NCBI GenBank assembly: GCA_038087875.1
Contig: JAXLNO010000230.1
Span: forward strand, 372,001 to 436,000
Direction of reading: 5' to 3'
DNA: 64,000 nt
Origin: Malacoraja senta
Lineage: Eukaryota
Positions within the stretch are counted from its first letter, which is position 1, and every line of letters starts with the position of its first letter. Below, one piece after another: positions 63,601 through 64,000 of the stretch. Under the pieces are notes generated by a model. It was not told where the DNA came from. It ran no database searches and saw only the letters and a program-made list of their open reading frames with translations. Position numbers and translations under genes: made by a program.

Positions 63601-64000
63601 ATTTTTGCCCTGGATTTGTCTGCCTGCCACTTTTACTTTTCACCTTGCTACCTATTGCTTCCGCCCGCATTTTACACCCCTCTGTTTCTCTGCTCACCCA
63701 TTTAAGAACCCCACCACCTCTTATTCTCTGTTTATTATAGTTTTCTTCTTCCCCCCCTACATGTTGGGTCTGAGTGCTTTCCTTCTCTGCCTCCTGCCTC
63801 ACACACTGTCTAATAGCATTCTCCATTTGAGTCCCTCCCCCCAACCATTCTAGTTTAAAGTCTCCCCAGTAGCCTTTGCAGATCTCCCCGCCAGGATATC
63901 GGTCCCCCTCAGGTTCAAGTGCAACCCATCCTTTTTGTACAGGTCGAACCTTCCACAAAAGAGGTCCCAATGATCCAGAAATTTGAATCCCTGCCTTCTG
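60642..64000 (-). mobile_element. Young CR1 LINE extending beyond the window: end of ORF1 (esterase-like), complete ORF2 and 3' UTR
   Basis: The ORF1 end reads WDLFCGRFDLYKKDGLHLNLRGTDILAGRSAKATGETLN* (stop 63852-63850). The tail is (CTATGTAT)n. Confidence 0.96.
60734..63859 (-). CDS. CR1 ORF2 endonuclease/reverse transcriptase, uninterrupted (~1040 codons)
   Basis: APE motifs CLNARSIRNK, GITETW, VVYRPP, MGDFN and GKSDH. RT motifs [32 protein letters not shown] and KFTDD. No stop codons. The true start is uncertain. Confidence 0.92.
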   Translation of the reverse strand, partial: FKLEWLGGGTQMENAIRQCVRQEAEKESTQTQHVGGEEENYNKQRIRGGGVLKWVSRETEGCKMRAEAIGSKVKSKSGRQTNPGQKSKRATFQHNCIRGKSVVKTSLNALCLNARSIRNKVDELNVQIAINDYDIVGITETWLQGDQGWELNIQGYSIFRRDREKGKGGGVALLVREEINAVERKDISLEDVESVWVELRNTMGQKTLVGVVYRPPSSSSEVGDGIKQEIRNACNKGKTVIMGDFNLHIDWVNQIGRGAEEEDFLECMRDSYLNQHLEEPTREQAILDWVLSNEEGLVSSLVVRAPLGKSDHNMVEFFIRMESDIVNSETTVLNLKKGNFEGMRRELAKIDCQLVLKGLTVDMQWKAFKDCMDELQKLFIPVWQKNKSGKVVHPWITREIRDSIKAKDDAYKLARKSSIPEDWEKFRDLQRRTKGLIRKGKIDYERKLAGNIKTDCKTFYRYVKRKRLVKTNVGPLQSETGELIMGNKDMADQLNNYFGSVFTKEDINNLPEIAGGRGSKEMEELSEIQVSREVVLCKLNGLKADKSPGPDRLHPRVLKEVAPEIVDALVIIFQNSLDSGVVPEDWRVANVTPLFKKGGREKTGNYRPVSLTSVVGKLLESLIKDGIAAHLESGEIIGQSQHGFMKGKSCLTNLIEFFEDVTSRVDRGEPVDVLYLDFQKAFDKVPHKRLVYKLKAHGIGGSVLMWIENWLANRKQRVGVNGSFSEWQAVTSGVPQGSVLGPQLFTIYINDLDEGIEGNISKFTDDTKLGGSVSCEEDARRLQGDLDRLGEWANVWQMQYNVDKCDVIHFGGKNRKADYYLNGGRLGNGEMQRDLGVMVHQSLKVGMQVQQAVKKANGMLAFIAKGFEYRSREVLLQLYRVLVRPHLEYCVQFWSPNLRKDIIAIEGVQRRFTRLIPGMSGLSYEERLDRLGLYSLEFRRLRGDLIETYKILMGLDRLDAGRLFPMLGKSRTRGHSLRIRGKSFKTEMRKNFFTQRVVNLWNSLPQRVVEASSLAIFKRELDVALVAKGIRGYGEKAGTGY

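Noticed and set aside
63860..63970. N-terminal 37 aa of the 1078-aa ORF in the ORF track
   Set aside because: It starts at a non-ATG codon and overlaps ORF1 (DGLHL esterase motif) in another frame, so it is unlikely to be the real ORF2 N-terminus.

Overview
This is AT-rich vertebrate intronic DNA, most likely from a cartilaginous fish such as a skate or ray; that assignment is inferred from HE1/V-SINE-like, CR1, Rex1 and Penelope repeat families. The only host gene is a + strand KDM4/JMJD2 histone demethylase, best matching KDM4C. It is represented by three phase-0 internal exons: 12606-12791 (PHD2), 14518-14688 and 53232-53351 (double Tudor). The last two are separated by a ~38.5 kb intron. 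The rest is mostly nested transposable elements: a Tx1-clade LINE, many CR1 LINEs (one with an uninterrupted ORF2), Rex1/Babar and L2 LINEs, a Penelope GIY-YIG element plus many short palindromic derivatives, a full-length Tc1 IR/DR transposon, PIF/Harbinger MITEs, a ~6 kb hAT-like element and tRNA-derived V-SINEs. The most notable signals are RNA-level or translational recoding features inside retroelements. (1) An apparently full-length single-ORF LINE encodes hydrophobic leader / 2A-like GDINLNPGP / PHD / APE / RT. (2) An in-frame U_UUA_AAC slippery heptamer sits exactly at the CR1 ORF1 stop, with ORF2 in the -1 frame. (3) Minimal hammerhead ribozyme cores occur in Penelope-derived repeats. 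TE boundaries are approximate unless a TSD or TIR is quoted, and family names come from motif recognition, not database searches.
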